From a bacterium (GTDB lineage Bacteria; J088; JAWLBW01), in contig JAWLHK010000004.1 of NCBI GenBank assembly GCA_041690355.1, forward strand, positions 1 to 64,000: a stretch of DNA of 64,000 nucleotides, in the 5' to 3' direction. Under the pieces are notes generated by a model. The model did no database searches. It was not told where the DNA came from and saw only the letters and a list, made by a program, of their open reading frames with translations. The position numbers and the translations under genes were made by a program. Positions 45,977 through 56,423 of the stretch are shown piece after piece (positions within the stretch are counted from its first letter, which is position 1; each line of letters starts with the position of its first letter).

Positions 45977-47368
45977 ATGAGCCGTCTCTCTGCAGCCTCC
46001 CTTTTAGCGGCCGTGCTGTTTTCTGCCAGTGCGTGCGCCGTCCGCCAGGAGTACCGCCTCGTTCCCGCCGGACCGCAGACTCGCCTCGAGCTGCGCGAAG
46101 ACATCGCACCCGTTGCCGCCGATCCGCAGCATCGTCTGCTGGTGCGCGTCCGTGACGGCGGGCCGGTCGAGGTTCGCCTGTCGGCGCCGCCGGTCTGCCG
46201 CCGGACCGAGGTGCTGCAGACCGGGCAGGTTCGCCTCGAAGAACGCACGCTGCAAACCGGCGACAAGTTGGCCATGTGGGCAGGCTACGCCGGAGCCGCC
46301 GCCGTGGCCGGACTCGTCGGTACCGGGATGGCGAAGGGGGGCGATCCGGCCACCGGCTCGAAGATCTTCGCCGTCTTCGGCCTGCCGTTCGCAGCCCTGG
46401 GGGTCGCCGAGTCGCTGCGGGCGCGGGATCGCGAAACGCCTGCCGAGCCGTTGAGCGAAACGGTCGTGCGCGAAAGCGAGCCGTGCGGTGAAGCGCCCGA
46501 AGGATGGCCAGTCGTCGCCCGCAACGGCATAACGTCAGCCACGGTGAATGCGGGAACCGCGTGGAAGGCCGTCGACGCGGCGTCGGCGCCGGGTATTCTG
46601 CCCGCGGGCTATGATTCGTTCGCGGGCACCGCCGAGGCATCCTGGCCGGTCCGCCCCGAAGGGAACGGGCTGTTCGCCGAAGCCGACGGAACGCTCGCCG
46701 GCGCCATCGCCCAACGGGCCGCGGAGACGCGCGCGGCGAAGACCGCAGATCTGACGCCACGGTCCGAACCGGTCACCCAGCCGGTGGCCGCGCCCGCGCG
46801 GATGGCGAAGACCGACGCCCCGGCGGCACCCATCCCGGTCGCGGCGGTACAGACGGCGCCTGCTCCCGAAACACAGGCAGAACCGGCACCCGAGCCGGAG
46901 CCGGCACAATCCGATACGGAACCTGCGCCGGAACCCGCGCCGGCCCCCGTCATGGCCGCGGCGGCGCAGCCCGCGCCTGCGCAAACGGCCGAACCGGAAT
47001 CCGCGCCCGAGCCCGCGCCTGCCCCGAAGGCCGCAGCGGAAGAGGCTCCCGTACCGGAACCCGTTGCGCAGGACAAAGAGAACGCCTGTCCTCCGACCCG
47101 CGTGACCGAAGCGGGAGTACTTCCCGAAGCGTTCTTCACCCAGCCGGTACGGATGCGCACCGTGGTCGAACGCGACTGGCTCTCGCGGATCAGCCGGGCA
47201 CTCTTCGGGAATCCGATGGAATATCGGGTGCTGTATCAGTTGAACGGCGACCTGATTCAGGATCCCGATCGCATTTATCCCGGCCAGCAGCTGCGCGTCC
47301 CCGTCGAACCGCGCACGCTCGAATCCTGGCTCGAAGAAGTTCCCCCCGCATGCCGCAACGCAAGGTGA
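45977..47368 (+). CDS. LysM-domain putative lipoprotein with a Pro/Ala/Glu linker
   Basis: ASAC lipobox-like motif; DWLSRIS...LIQDPDRIYPGQQLRVP. Confidence 0.8.
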   Translation: MSRLSAASLLAAVLFSASACAVRQEYRLVPAGPQTRLELREDIAPVAADPQHRLLVRVRDGGPVEVRLSAPPVCRRTEVLQTGQVRLEERTLQTGDKLAMWAGYAGAAAVAGLVGTGMAKGGDPATGSKIFAVFGLPFAALGVAESLRARDRETPAEPLSETVVRESEPCGEAPEGWPVVARNGITSATVNAGTAWKAVDAASAPGILPAGYDSFAGTAEASWPVRPEGNGLFAEADGTLAGAIAQRAAETRAAKTADLTPRSEPVTQPVAAPARMAKTDAPAAPIPVAAVQTAPAPETQAEPAPEPEPAQSDTEPAPEPAPAPVMAAAAQPAPAQTAEPESAPEPAPAPKAAAEEAPVPEPVAQDKENACPPTRVTEAGVLPEAFFTQPVRMRTVVERDWLSRISRALFGNPMEYRVLYQLNGDLIQDPDRIYPGQQLRVPVEPRTLESWLEEVPPACRNAR

Positions 47369-47373
47369 GCACC

Positions 47374-50300
47374 ATGTTGACGCGTATCCTCCTGACCAAA
47401 GTTCTGCGAACCGGCCTTCTCGGCGTCGCCCTCCTGACGGCCGCCGGCTGCGGAGACGACGAATGCTGGAGTCCGTTTTCCTACGCCAGCGGCGAGTGCG
47501 GCAATCCGCGCCTGCAGCAGGGTGAAGAGGTCTTCACCGTGACCGCCGTTGCCGGTGAAGGGGGCGCGATCACGCCACCGAGCCTCGCGGTGAAGTTCGG
47601 CGAAACCGGTCTCTTCACGGTCACGCCCGACGAAGGATTCGAGGTCGCCACCGTCGAGGGGTGCGAAGGCAGCCTCGCGGAGGCCGCCTACACGACCGGA
47701 CCGATTACGGCGGCCTGCACCGTCACGGCCGCGTTCGAGCGCAAGCGTTACACCCTGACGGCGACGGCCGGCGACGGCGGAACGATTACGCCCGCCGAAA
47801 CCGAAGTCGAGCACGGCGCGACCGCGGTGTTCACGCTGGCCCCCGATACGGGCTACCACGTCGATGCCGTCTCCGGCTGCGGCGGCGCGCTCGACGGCGA
47901 CACGTACACGACGGGTCCGGTGACCGAAGCCTGCACGGTGACGGCCACCTTCGCCATCAATGTCTACACGGTGGAATCGGGCGGGAGCATCGGAGGGGTC
48001 GTCACGCCGGCCTCGAGCAGCGTCACCCACGGCGAGACGGCCGACTTTGTCGTGGCTCCGGACACGGGATACCACATCGTCAGCGTCACGGGCTGCGAAG
48101 GCACCCTCATGGGGAACACGTATGCGACGGGCGTCGTGACCGCAGACTGCACGGTCTGGGCCGAGTTCGAGCTCAATCAGTACGACGTCGCCTCGTCGGC
48201 GGGCGCGAACGGGGCCATCAGCCCCGCGAGCGTGAGCGTCACGCATGGCGACACCACCGACTTCCTCGTCGCCCCCGACGTCGGCTACCACGTGCTCGCC
48301 ATCGACGGCTGCGGCGGCGCTCTGGCCGGTAATACGTGGACCACAGGCGTCATCACCGGGCCCTGTACGGTTTCGGTCACCTTCGAGCTCAACAGCTACA
48401 CCGTTTCGGCATCGGCAGGTTCGGGCGGAAGCGTTTCGCCGGCGAGCAGCAGCGTCCTCCACGGTGATACGACCTCGGTCACCATCACGCCCGACACCGG
48501 CTACCACATCACTTCGGTCACCGGCTGCGGCGGATCCCTGAGCGGTAACACCTACACGACGGGGGCGATCACGGCGGCCTGCACCGTCGACGCAACGTTC
48601 GCCATCAATACGTATGCCGTGTCCACTTCGGCAGGTTCGGGGGGAAGCTTCTCGCCGGCCAGCGCCGTGGTGAACCACGGCTCCACGACCTCGTTCACCG
48701 TGGTTCCCGACACCGGCTACCATGTGGATACGATCTCCGGCTGCGGCGGATCCCTGAGCGGAAATACCTACACGACCGGCGCCATCACCGCCGCCTGCAC
48801 GGTATCGGCGACGTTCGCGCTCAATGAATATACGGTTTCGGCCACGGCAGGTTCCGGCGGCGCCATCTCGCCCGCGAGCAGCCCGGTCCTCCACGGTTCC
48901 ACCACGTCGTTCACGGTCACCCCTGACACCGGCTACCACATCGACACCGTGACCGGCTGCGGCGGCTCTCTCAGCGGAAATACCTATACGACGGGAACCG
49001 TGACCGGCGCCTGCACCGTCAGCGCCACCTTCGCGATCAACACCTACGCGGTCTCCACGTCGGCGGGATCCGGCGGAAGCATGTCGCCGACCGGCGCGAC
49101 CATCGAGCACGGTTCGACCACGTCCTTCACGCTGACGCCCGACACCGGTTACCACATCGATACCGCTTCGGGTTGCGGCGGTTCCCTGAGCGGCAACACC
49201 TACACGACCGGCGCCATCACCGCCGCGTGCACGGTCAGCGCGACGTTCGCGCTCAATTCCTACACGGTGTCGACGTCGGCGGGCAGCGGCGGCAGCCTCT
49301 CGCCGGCCAGCGCCAGCGTCCTGCACGGTTCGACCACGTCGTTCACGGTCACCCCTGACACCGGCTACCACATCGACTCCGTCAGTGGCTGCGGCGGCGC
49401 GCTGAGCGGCAACACCTACACGACGGGAACCATAACCGGCGCCTGCACCGTCACGGCGACGTTCCTCATCAATACGTACACCGTCACGTCCTCGGCGGGT
49501 TCCGGGGGAACCATATCGCCGGCGAGCGTCGGCGTGAATCACGGTTCGACGACGTCGTTCACCCTCACGCCCGATACGGGCTACCACATCGATACCGTCT
49601 CGGGTTGCGGCGGGTCGCTGAGCGGAAGTACCTACACGACCGGCGCCATCACGGCCGCCTGCACCGTCAGCGCCACGTTCGCGCTCAATTCGTACACGGT
49701 ATCGACGTCGGCGGGCGCCGGCGGCAGCTTCTCGCCGGCCAGCACCAGCGTGCTGCACGGTTCCACCGGATCGTTCACGGTCACGCCCGACACCGGCTAC
49801 CACATCGACGCCGTCAGCGGCTGCGGCGGCTCGCTGAGCGGCAGCACCTACACGACGGGCGTGATTACTGCGGCCTGCACGGTTACGGCTACGTTCCTCA
49901 TTAACACCTATACGGTTACCGCAACCGCCGGCCTCAACGGCAGCATCAGCCCGGCGAGCGCGACGGTCGACCACGGCTCCACCACCAGCTTCACACTCAC
50001 GCCGGATACGGGATATCACATCGACACCGTGACCGGCTGCGGGGGATCCCTGAGCGGGAACACGTACACGACGGGGGCCGTCACCGGGGCCTGCACCGTC
50101 AGCGCCTCTTTCGCCCTCAACACGTACACGGTTTCGACTTCGGCGGGCACAGGCGGCTCCATCACGCCGGGCAGCCGCACGGTCTCGCATGGCGATTTCG
50201 CCGACTTCACGGTCGTCGCCGACACGGGCTACACGCTCAACAGCGTCTCGGGCTGCGGCGGTACGCTGGTCGGCAACACCTACACGACCGGCATCGTTAC

Positions 50301-52929
50301 GGCCGCATGCACCGTGACGGCCACTTTCACGCTGAACAGCTATACGGTGACCGCCACGGCGGGCCTGGGAGGAAGCATCTCTCCTGCCAGCGCCACCGTC
50401 AACCACGGGTCGACGACCTCGTTCACGGTCACCCCCGACACGAACTACGCCATCAGCGGCGTCAGCGGCTGCGGCGGGTCCCTGAGCGGCAACACCTATA
50501 CCACGGGCGCCATCACCGGCGCGTGCACGGTCACCGCCTCGTTCGCGCTCAAGCAGTACACGGTCTCGACATCGGCGGGCGCCGGCGGCAGCATCTCGCC
50601 GACCAGCGCAACGGTGACGCACGGACAGACCACATCGTTCACGATCACACCGTCGACCGGCTACAGCATCGGCTCGGTATCCGGTTGCGGCGGCTCACTG
50701 GTCGGCAATACCTACACCACGGGCGCCGTTACCGCGGCCTGCACGGTGTCGGCTTCGTTCAACGTCAATTCGTATACCGTCACGGCATCGGCCGGCAGCG
50801 GCGGTTCCATCTCGCCGGGCAGCGCAACCGTCAACCACGGCTCGACCACAAGCTTCACGGTCCTTGCGAACAGCGGATACGCCATCGGGAGCGTGACCGG
50901 TTGCGGCGGCACCCTGAGCGGCAATACCTACACGACGGGCGCGATTACCGCCGCCTGCTCGGTCACGGCCTCGTTCAACAGCGTCATCATGACGTATGAC
51001 TTCTCGAACCTGGGAACCGATACGGGCGGATTCAAGCCGCAGGGGAACCGGTGGCTCGTCAGCACGCTGTTCAAGAACGACACCAGCTTCCCGGGCGTCA
51101 TGTACTACGACGATGCCGGAACGTCGATTTCGGGGGCCATCATCAAGGTCGACGGCACCAACCTCGAATCGTTCGATCTCGTCAACGTGCACTTCAGCGG
51201 ATACGTCGCCGAGACGATGAGCATGACAATCACCGCCACCCTGAAGTCAGGCGGCACCATTTCGCGCACCGTCTCGAACGTGTCGGTGCCGCAAGGCGTC
51301 TCCACGTCACTGACATCGATGGGGGTCGACCTGACGGGATTCGATAACGTCACCCAACTGAGCTTCAACATCACGGCCGGCCAGGTCTACAACATCAACT
51401 TCGATTCGATCACGATCAGCGACCAGCGCGCGCCCGGTGTCGCCGGTACGACCCCGACGACCCAGGCCAGTGCGCTTACGGCCGTCAGCGTCGCCGCCGA
51501 CGAGATGAGCCTTGCCTGGACCAACGGTTCGGGAACCCGCCGGATCGTTCTGGCAAAGCAGGGGGCCACGACCGGTTCCCCCGCGGTCTACGACGGCATC
51601 ACCTACGCTGCGAACAGCAATTTCGGCAGCGCGGTCGACATCGGAGACGGATGGAAGGTCGTCTATACGGGCACGGGGAACTCCCTCACGCTCACCGGCC
51701 TCACGGGTGGCGCTGCCTACCGGATCGTCGTCTACGAATACGACGGTCTCGGCGGCGGCGAGAAGTATCTGACCACCCTCGGCACGAACGTGCTGAACAA
51801 GAATACGTCCAGCGTAGTCGCCACGTGGGCCCAGGGGACCGCTCGTACGCTTTATGCCAAGAACTTCTATGCGTACCCGGTGGCGGCCCTCGGCACCGAC
51901 GGATACACCTATGTCGCGCACCATGACTATGACTCCGACAGCGAGTCGGCGAAGCGTATCGTGATTTCGAAGTGGAACGGGAGCAGCTGGAGTACGCACA
52001 CCTCCTTTGTCGCATCGGACGCCGGGGTGACGACCTTGAGCGACGACCTCTCGATCGCCGTCGACTCGAGCAACGTCATCCACCTCGCCTTCAAAGGCGA
52101 GATCGGCAGCGGAGTCACCAGCAACCGCGGGGTGCTTTACGCCCGCTACGACGGATCCTGGCTGTTTGAACAGGTCGAACTGAACAGTCACCCGAACGGA
52201 TGGCTGAACATCGACAATCCCGTCCTCACGGTCGACCCCTCGCAGAACGCCCACATTCAGTACGTGCTCAACGATGCGTCAACGTTTACCCAATACGCGA
52301 AACTCGCTTCGCGGACGGGAGCCAACACGTGGAGCATCAGCACCTGGAACTCGGTCTCGAGCAGCGGCTCGACGCAGGTCCGGGAGTACGATCTCAAGGC
52401 CGACAGCAACGGAAAGCTGCACATGATCTACGTGCAGGGCCCCTCGTCCGGGACGCGCAGTGTGCGCTACCGCACGAACTCCGGCGGCAGCTGGAGCGAT
52501 ACGGAGCTGGCCAGCAACGACGTCGGCATCCAGTTCGTCTACGTCGAGCTCGATGCGAGCAACAAAGTCCATACCGCCTATTCGCAGGGCACCTCGTCGG
52601 GCTACGACATCGTCTACGGGACGAACGCCGGGGGAAGCTGGGCGATCAATACCGTCTACACCGCAACGGCCTATTCCACTTACGGCATCCGGCGGAACTC
52701 GAGCGGCGAGATGGTCATGGTACTCGGCAGCGGCAGCGCCTACCGGATCTTCTACAAGGCCACGTCGGGAAGCAGCTGGGAGCTGACGAACGCCTCGCCG
52801 ACCGACAGCGATCAGGACTGGTATGCCGGGGTCACCTTCTCGAACGACGGCCGCGTCGTCATCGTCTATCCGAACGCCCTTGCGACCCGGCCGCGCGAGC
52901 TGCTCTACTTCCAGGCGACGCTGCCGTAA
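47374..52929 (+). CDS. Giant surface lipoprotein: 16 InlB-B-like repeats, FN3-like domain, beta-propeller-like C-terminus
   Basis: AAGC lipobox; 72-aa repeat YTV...GGSISP...PDTGYHI..V.GCGG.L.GNTYTTG..T.ACTV.A.F. Confidence 0.88.
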   Translation: MLTRILLTKVLRTGLLGVALLTAAGCGDDECWSPFSYASGECGNPRLQQGEEVFTVTAVAGEGGAITPPSLAVKFGETGLFTVTPDEGFEVATVEGCEGSLAEAAYTTGPITAACTVTAAFERKRYTLTATAGDGGTITPAETEVEHGATAVFTLAPDTGYHVDAVSGCGGALDGDTYTTGPVTEACTVTATFAINVYTVESGGSIGGVVTPASSSVTHGETADFVVAPDTGYHIVSVTGCEGTLMGNTYATGVVTADCTVWAEFELNQYDVASSAGANGAISPASVSVTHGDTTDFLVAPDVGYHVLAIDGCGGALAGNTWTTGVITGPCTVSVTFELNSYTVSASAGSGGSVSPASSSVLHGDTTSVTITPDTGYHITSVTGCGGSLSGNTYTTGAITAACTVDATFAINTYAVSTSAGSGGSFSPASAVVNHGSTTSFTVVPDTGYHVDTISGCGGSLSGNTYTTGAITAACTVSATFALNEYTVSATAGSGGAISPASSPVLHGSTTSFTVTPDTGYHIDTVTGCGGSLSGNTYTTGTVTGACTVSATFAINTYAVSTSAGSGGSMSPTGATIEHGSTTSFTLTPDTGYHIDTASGCGGSLSGNTYTTGAITAACTVSATFALNSYTVSTSAGSGGSLSPASASVLHGSTTSFTVTPDTGYHIDSVSGCGGALSGNTYTTGTITGACTVTATFLINTYTVTSSAGSGGTISPASVGVNHGSTTSFTLTPDTGYHIDTVSGCGGSLSGSTYTTGAITAACTVSATFALNSYTVSTSAGAGGSFSPASTSVLHGSTGSFTVTPDTGYHIDAVSGCGGSLSGSTYTTGVITAACTVTATFLINTYTVTATAGLNGSISPASATVDHGSTTSFTLTPDTGYHIDTVTGCGGSLSGNTYTTGAVTGACTVSASFALNTYTVSTSAGTGGSITPGSRTVSHGDFADFTVVADTGYTLNSVSGCGGTLVGNTYTTGIVTAACTVTATFTLNSYTVTATAGLGGSISPASATVNHGSTTSFTVTPDTNYAISGVSGCGGSLSGNTYTTGAITGACTVTASFALKQYTVSTSAGAGGSISPTSATVTHGQTTSFTITPSTGYSIGSVSGCGGSLVGNTYTTGAVTAACTVSASFNVNSYTVTASAGSGGSISPGSATVNHGSTTSFTVLANSGYAIGSVTGCGGTLSGNTYTTGAITAACSVTASFNSVIMTYDFSNLGTDTGGFKPQGNRWLVSTLFKNDTSFPGVMYYDDAGTSISGAIIKVDGTNLESFDLVNVHFSGYVAETMSMTITATLKSGGTISRTVSNVSVPQGVSTSLTSMGVDLTGFDNVTQLSFNITAGQVYNINFDSITISDQRAPGVAGTTPTTQASALTAVSVAADEMSLAWTNGSGTRRIVLAKQGATTGSPAVYDGITYAANSNFGSAVDIGDGWKVVYTGTGNSLTLTGLTGGAAYRIVVYEYDGLGGGEKYLTTLGTNVLNKNTSSVVATWAQGTARTLYAKNFYAYPVAALGTDGYTYVAHHDYDSDSESAKRIVISKWNGSSWSTHTSFVASDAGVTTLSDDLSIAVDSSNVIHLAFKGEIGSGVTSNRGVLYARYDGSWLFEQVELNSHPNGWLNIDNPVLTVDPSQNAHIQYVLNDASTFTQYAKLASRTGANTWSISTWNSVSSSGSTQVREYDLKADSNGKLHMIYVQGPSSGTRSVRYRTNSGGSWSDTELASNDVGIQFVYVELDASNKVHTAYSQGTSSGYDIVYGTNAGGSWAINTVYTATAYSTYGIRRNSSGEMVMVLGSGSAYRIFYKATSGSSWELTNASPTDSDQDWYAGVTFSNDGRVVIVYPNALATRPRELLYFQATLP
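47533..50985 (+). repeat. 16 x 216-bp coding tandem repeat
   Basis: Counted from the translation. Confidence 0.9.
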
Positions 52930-52954
52930 GGCAGCGCCTCCTTCAGCGTCATGG

Positions 52955-53567
52955 TCACCGTCTCCGAGTGACCATTGCGATACCGCCGAGGATCGCTGCC
53001 GAGGCAAGGACCAGGCGCGGCGTTACGGATTCGTCGAGCAGCATCATTCCGCCTAGGGTCGTGATTACCGGAACGCTGAGTTGCACTGTGGCCGCCGAGG
53101 CCGCGCGCAGGCCGGGGAGCGCCGCATACCAGACGGCGTAGCCGATGCCCGAGGCGAACGCGCCTGAGGCGACGGCGTAGCCGAACCCGGCGGCATCAAA
53201 GGAGGCGCGCGGGAGGAAAGCTGCGCTGAGGACCAATGTGAACGGCGCCGGTCGCGACCGGGAGCGTGGCATAGGCGAACGAGAAGGCCGCCGCGTAGGC
53301 GAACAGTGCGAGTGCCGACCGCCAGCTGGCGCTTCCGTCCGGATTCCGGTTCCGCAGGCGGACGAGAACCGCCACCGCGAGCGCGCCGGAGACCAGCCGT
53401 GCCGACGTGAAGGTTGCCGGGTCGATGTCCGTCTGCAACAGGGCGGCCCGGCACAACAGCGAATTGCCCGCGAAGGCGATCATCGCTAGCGTCGTGAGCG
53501 CAAGAACACGTAGTTGGGAGGAGAGGGAAGCCACGTCGAAGATTCCAGTGGTCAAGGCCTGCAGCAA
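52955..53567 (-). pseudogene. EamA/DMT transporter with an internal deletion and frameshift near 53250
   Basis: AFAGNSLLCRAAL...FSFAYATLPVATGA joined out of frame to PFTLVL...SGIGYAVWY...ATVQLSVPV. Confidence 0.8.
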
Positions 53568-53722
53568 CAGGACAACGCCCTCGCACCCGTCCTGATCTGG
53601 GTGAGAAAGCCTTGCCGGGACGATGCGGACTGAACCACCAGGAGCGGGCGACCCCGTTCGGCATCAACTCCTTTGTTCGATCCCGAACCGCCAAACGAAC
53701 GCTTGGGCACCTGCGCCGCCGA

Positions 53723-54574
53723 TCAGGCCTGCGGGATGCGGGGACGCTCGACCTTGTTGGCGCGCTCGTATGCGACGGCGTCGCCGCTGACCTTCTCGAC
53801 CAGCCAGGGCGCGATGCGCCCCAGCCGCCATGCGAGCCGCGCCCGGCCCGGGATGACGATGACGGCCTCGTTGCGGGCCATGGCCGCCAGGGTCTCTTCG
53901 GCAAGCTTCTCCACGGGATACGGCGGACCCGCGAGTTTTGTGAGAAACCGGCGAAGATCGGGGCGCCACGAGGTCGGCGGCAGATCGGCCGGATTGTCGC
54001 TGTCGAGGATCGGCGTTTCGATGGCAGAGGGGCAGAGCGCGCTTACGCGAACCCCATAGGCAGCCGCCTCGATGCGCAGGCTCGTCGAAAGGCCGACGAC
54101 GGCGTGCTTCGACATGGAATAAGGAGTGAGCAGCGGCGCAGGAGCCAGCCCCGCCAGCGAAGCCGTGTTCACGATGTGCCCTGCGCCCTGCCGTACCATG
54201 ATCGGGTACGCGGCCTGCACCCCGTGGATGACGCCGCGCACGTTGATGTCGAGAATCCGATTCCACGCATCGAGCGTGAGTTCCTGTACTTCACCGCCGA
54301 CGCCGATGCCGGCATTGTTAAAGAGGAAGTCGAGACGTCCGTTCGCGCGGGCTGCCGACTCGATGCTTTCGCGCACCGCTTCGCTGTCGCGCACGTCGAG
54401 ACGAAGCGCCGAGGCGCCGTTGCCGCAGGCCGCCGCAACTTCCTGCGCAGACGCTTCATTCACATCGGTGACGACCACCTTCGCGCCCCGTTGGGCGAGG
54501 GCGAGCGAAAGTGCACGGCCGATACCCGAGCCACCCCCGGTCACGAAGGCTGTTGCGCCTGCCATGGGATTCAT
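53723..54574 (-). CDS. Short-chain dehydrogenase/reductase
   Basis: TGGGSGIG, NNAG, YSMSK. Confidence 0.92.
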   Translation of the reverse strand: MNPMAGATAFVTGGGSGIGRALSLALAQRGAKVVVTDVNEASAQEVAAACGNGASALRLDVRDSEAVRESIESAARANGRLDFLFNNAGIGVGGEVQELTLDAWNRILDINVRGVIHGVQAAYPIMVRQGAGHIVNTASLAGLAPAPLLTPYSMSKHAVVGLSTSLRIEAAAYGVRVSALCPSAIETPILDSDNPADLPPTSWRPDLRRFLTKLAGPPYPVEKLAEETLAAMARNEAVIVIPGRARLAWRLGRIAPWLVEKVSGDAVAYERANKVERPRIPQA

Positions 54575-54714
54575 TTTGCGCCTCAAGGCAAATGGTTTTC
54601 TCGCGGCCCCAGACCTTGAGGTCCGCGCCGGTAAGTATACCGGACTGCGGGTCGGCGCGCACGGGAGGGCATGGCGCGCCCGCGTTGCGGTCGGGGAAGC
54701 GGTTTCCGGCACAC

Positions 54715-55524
54715 TCAGATCAGGCGTCTGCGGCGCAGCAGGTAGCTCCCCAGAAGGTAGCAGAACAACCAGACCCCGGCAGCGTAGGCAACGGTTGAGA
54801 GCAACAACGTCCAGTCGGCGTCCGTCCCGCGCAGACTTTTGTAAACAGTTTCGTTCTTTTCCCAGAATGGATTCGTGATCGGAAGAACGAGGTAGACGAC
54901 ATCGACCGTCATCTTCGCGGTCTGCACGGCAGTGGCGTATGCCCCCTCGGCGGACTTGAGTGCGCTCGCCAGCAGAAGCTTCAGCCAATAGAACGTGCTG
55001 TCCTGCAACAGCAGCAGCGCGAGAAGCGTCGTCACGGGACGCGCAACGACCGACAGGAGTGCCGCATATCCCATCCAGACGAAGCTCTGCGCGAAGTCGT
55101 TGACGAGCACGTACACGAGTCCGCTCTGATACGGAATATCCCAGTACAGGAACAAAGAGGAGCAGATGGAGAGGATGCTCGCGTAGAGAACGGCGGTCAC
55201 GAGAACGGCGGAAAGCATGCCGGAGAGCAGCCAGAGATCTGGAGGGCAGGGTTTCGTGATCACCATCTTGATGCTTCGTTTGTCCAGATGGTGGCTCACG
55301 AATGTCACGACCATGCCGATACCGAGCACGATCGCAAAGAAGCTGAGCTGGTTGGCGATGGCGGTGATCAGTTCAAGGTGCTGGGAGCTCGTCAGGGCGA
55401 ACAGCGAAGGGAGCGTCGACAGCGAGGTAATGAGCAGGAGGAGCGAGCCGGCCACGAACAACAGCCGGTTTCTCCGGAAGAACTTGAGATTCACGCCGAT
55501 GTTGGCCAGCACCTGTCCACGCAT
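54715..55524 (-). CDS. ABC-2 type permease
   Basis: About six TM segments, coupled to the ATPase gene. Confidence 0.8.
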   Translation of the reverse strand: MRGQVLANIGVNLKFFRRNRLLFVAGSLLLLITSLSTLPSLFALTSSQHLELITAIANQLSFFAIVLGIGMVVTFVSHHLDKRSIKMVITKPCPPDLWLLSGMLSAVLVTAVLYASILSICSSLFLYWDIPYQSGLVYVLVNDFAQSFVWMGYAALLSVVARPVTTLLALLLLQDSTFYWLKLLLASALKSAEGAYATAVQTAKMTVDVVYLVLPITNPFWEKNETVYKSLRGTDADWTLLLSTVAYAAGVWLFCYLLGSYLLRRRRLI

Positions 55525-56423
55525 CAGCTCACCTGGCCGACGAGATTCATGAATGCGTCCTCCAGAGAAGAACGCTTCAGGCTGCTCTCGTGAAGCGCGA
55601 CGCCCGAACGTTCCAGGTGGCGGGTAAACTCCCAGAACATGGCCGCCGGGATTTCACCGGCGACAAGGTCGCCTTCTGCATGCAGCCCCGCGACGTACTC
55701 GGGGATCGTGGCGGGAGCGCTGAAAACCACCCGGTAGGTCTCGGTGTCGACGGCGCGCAGGTCATCGAGGCGATCTTTCCGCACCAGTTTTCCCTGCTTG
55801 ATGACCGCCGCGTGGGTGCATACCGTTTCGATTTCGGAAAGCACGTGCGAATTGATGACGATGGTGGCCCCTCCGCGCTTGAGGTCCTGAACTGCCTCGC
55901 GGAGCTCCCGGACCATGATCGGATCGAGGCCCCGCGTCGGCTCATCCAGGAAGACGATCTCCGGGCACGTGAGGAGGCATTGCGCAATGCCGACCTTCTG
56001 CTTCATCCCCTTGGAGCATTTGGAGACGCGCAGGTCTCGATGCTCCGTCAATCCGACCCGATCGATGAGATTGTCCACGGACCGCTCGGAAAGGCCCGCG
56101 CCGTGCAGGGCAGCGTAGTAGGCGACCGCTTCGCGCACGGAAAGATAGTCATGATAATGCGGCTCCTCGGGAAGGTAGGCGATCTTCCGGAAAAGGTCCG
56201 ACCCCGGGATGGGGCGCTGGCCAAGCACGGAAACCCGGCCGCGATCGGGCTGGATCAGGCCGAGAAAGCAGTACATGGCCGTCGACTTTCCGGCGCCGTT
56301 GGGACCGAGGAGGGCCAGCACTTCTCCCGGCTCGACCACCAGAGAGAAGTCGTCGAGGGCCTCCAGCTTCTTTCCGAACCGGCCTTTCCGGAACCAGACG
56401 GCGATGTTCTCTGCCTCAATCAT
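55524..56423 (-). CDS. ABC transporter ATP-binding protein
   Basis: GPNGAGKST, CSKGMKQK, FLDEPT, NSH. Confidence 0.93.
   Translation of the reverse strand: MIEAENIAVWFRKGRFGKKLEALDDFSLVVEPGEVLALLGPNGAGKSTAMYCFLGLIQPDRGRVSVLGQRPIPGSDLFRKIAYLPEEPHYHDYLSVREAVAYYAALHGAGLSERSVDNLIDRVGLTEHRDLRVSKCSKGMKQKVGIAQCLLTCPEIVFLDEPTRGLDPIMVRELREAVQDLKRGGATIVINSHVLSEIETVCTHAAVIKQGKLVRKDRLDDLRAVDTETYRVVFSAPATIPEYVAGLHAEGDLVAGEIPAAMFWEFTRHLERSGVALHESSLKRSSLEDAFMNLVGQVS

Noticed and set aside
47275-50622. 1115-aa antisense ORF and many other long overlapping ORFs
   Set aside because: Arg/Gly/Ala-rich shadow frames of high-GC coding DNA with no recognisable motifs
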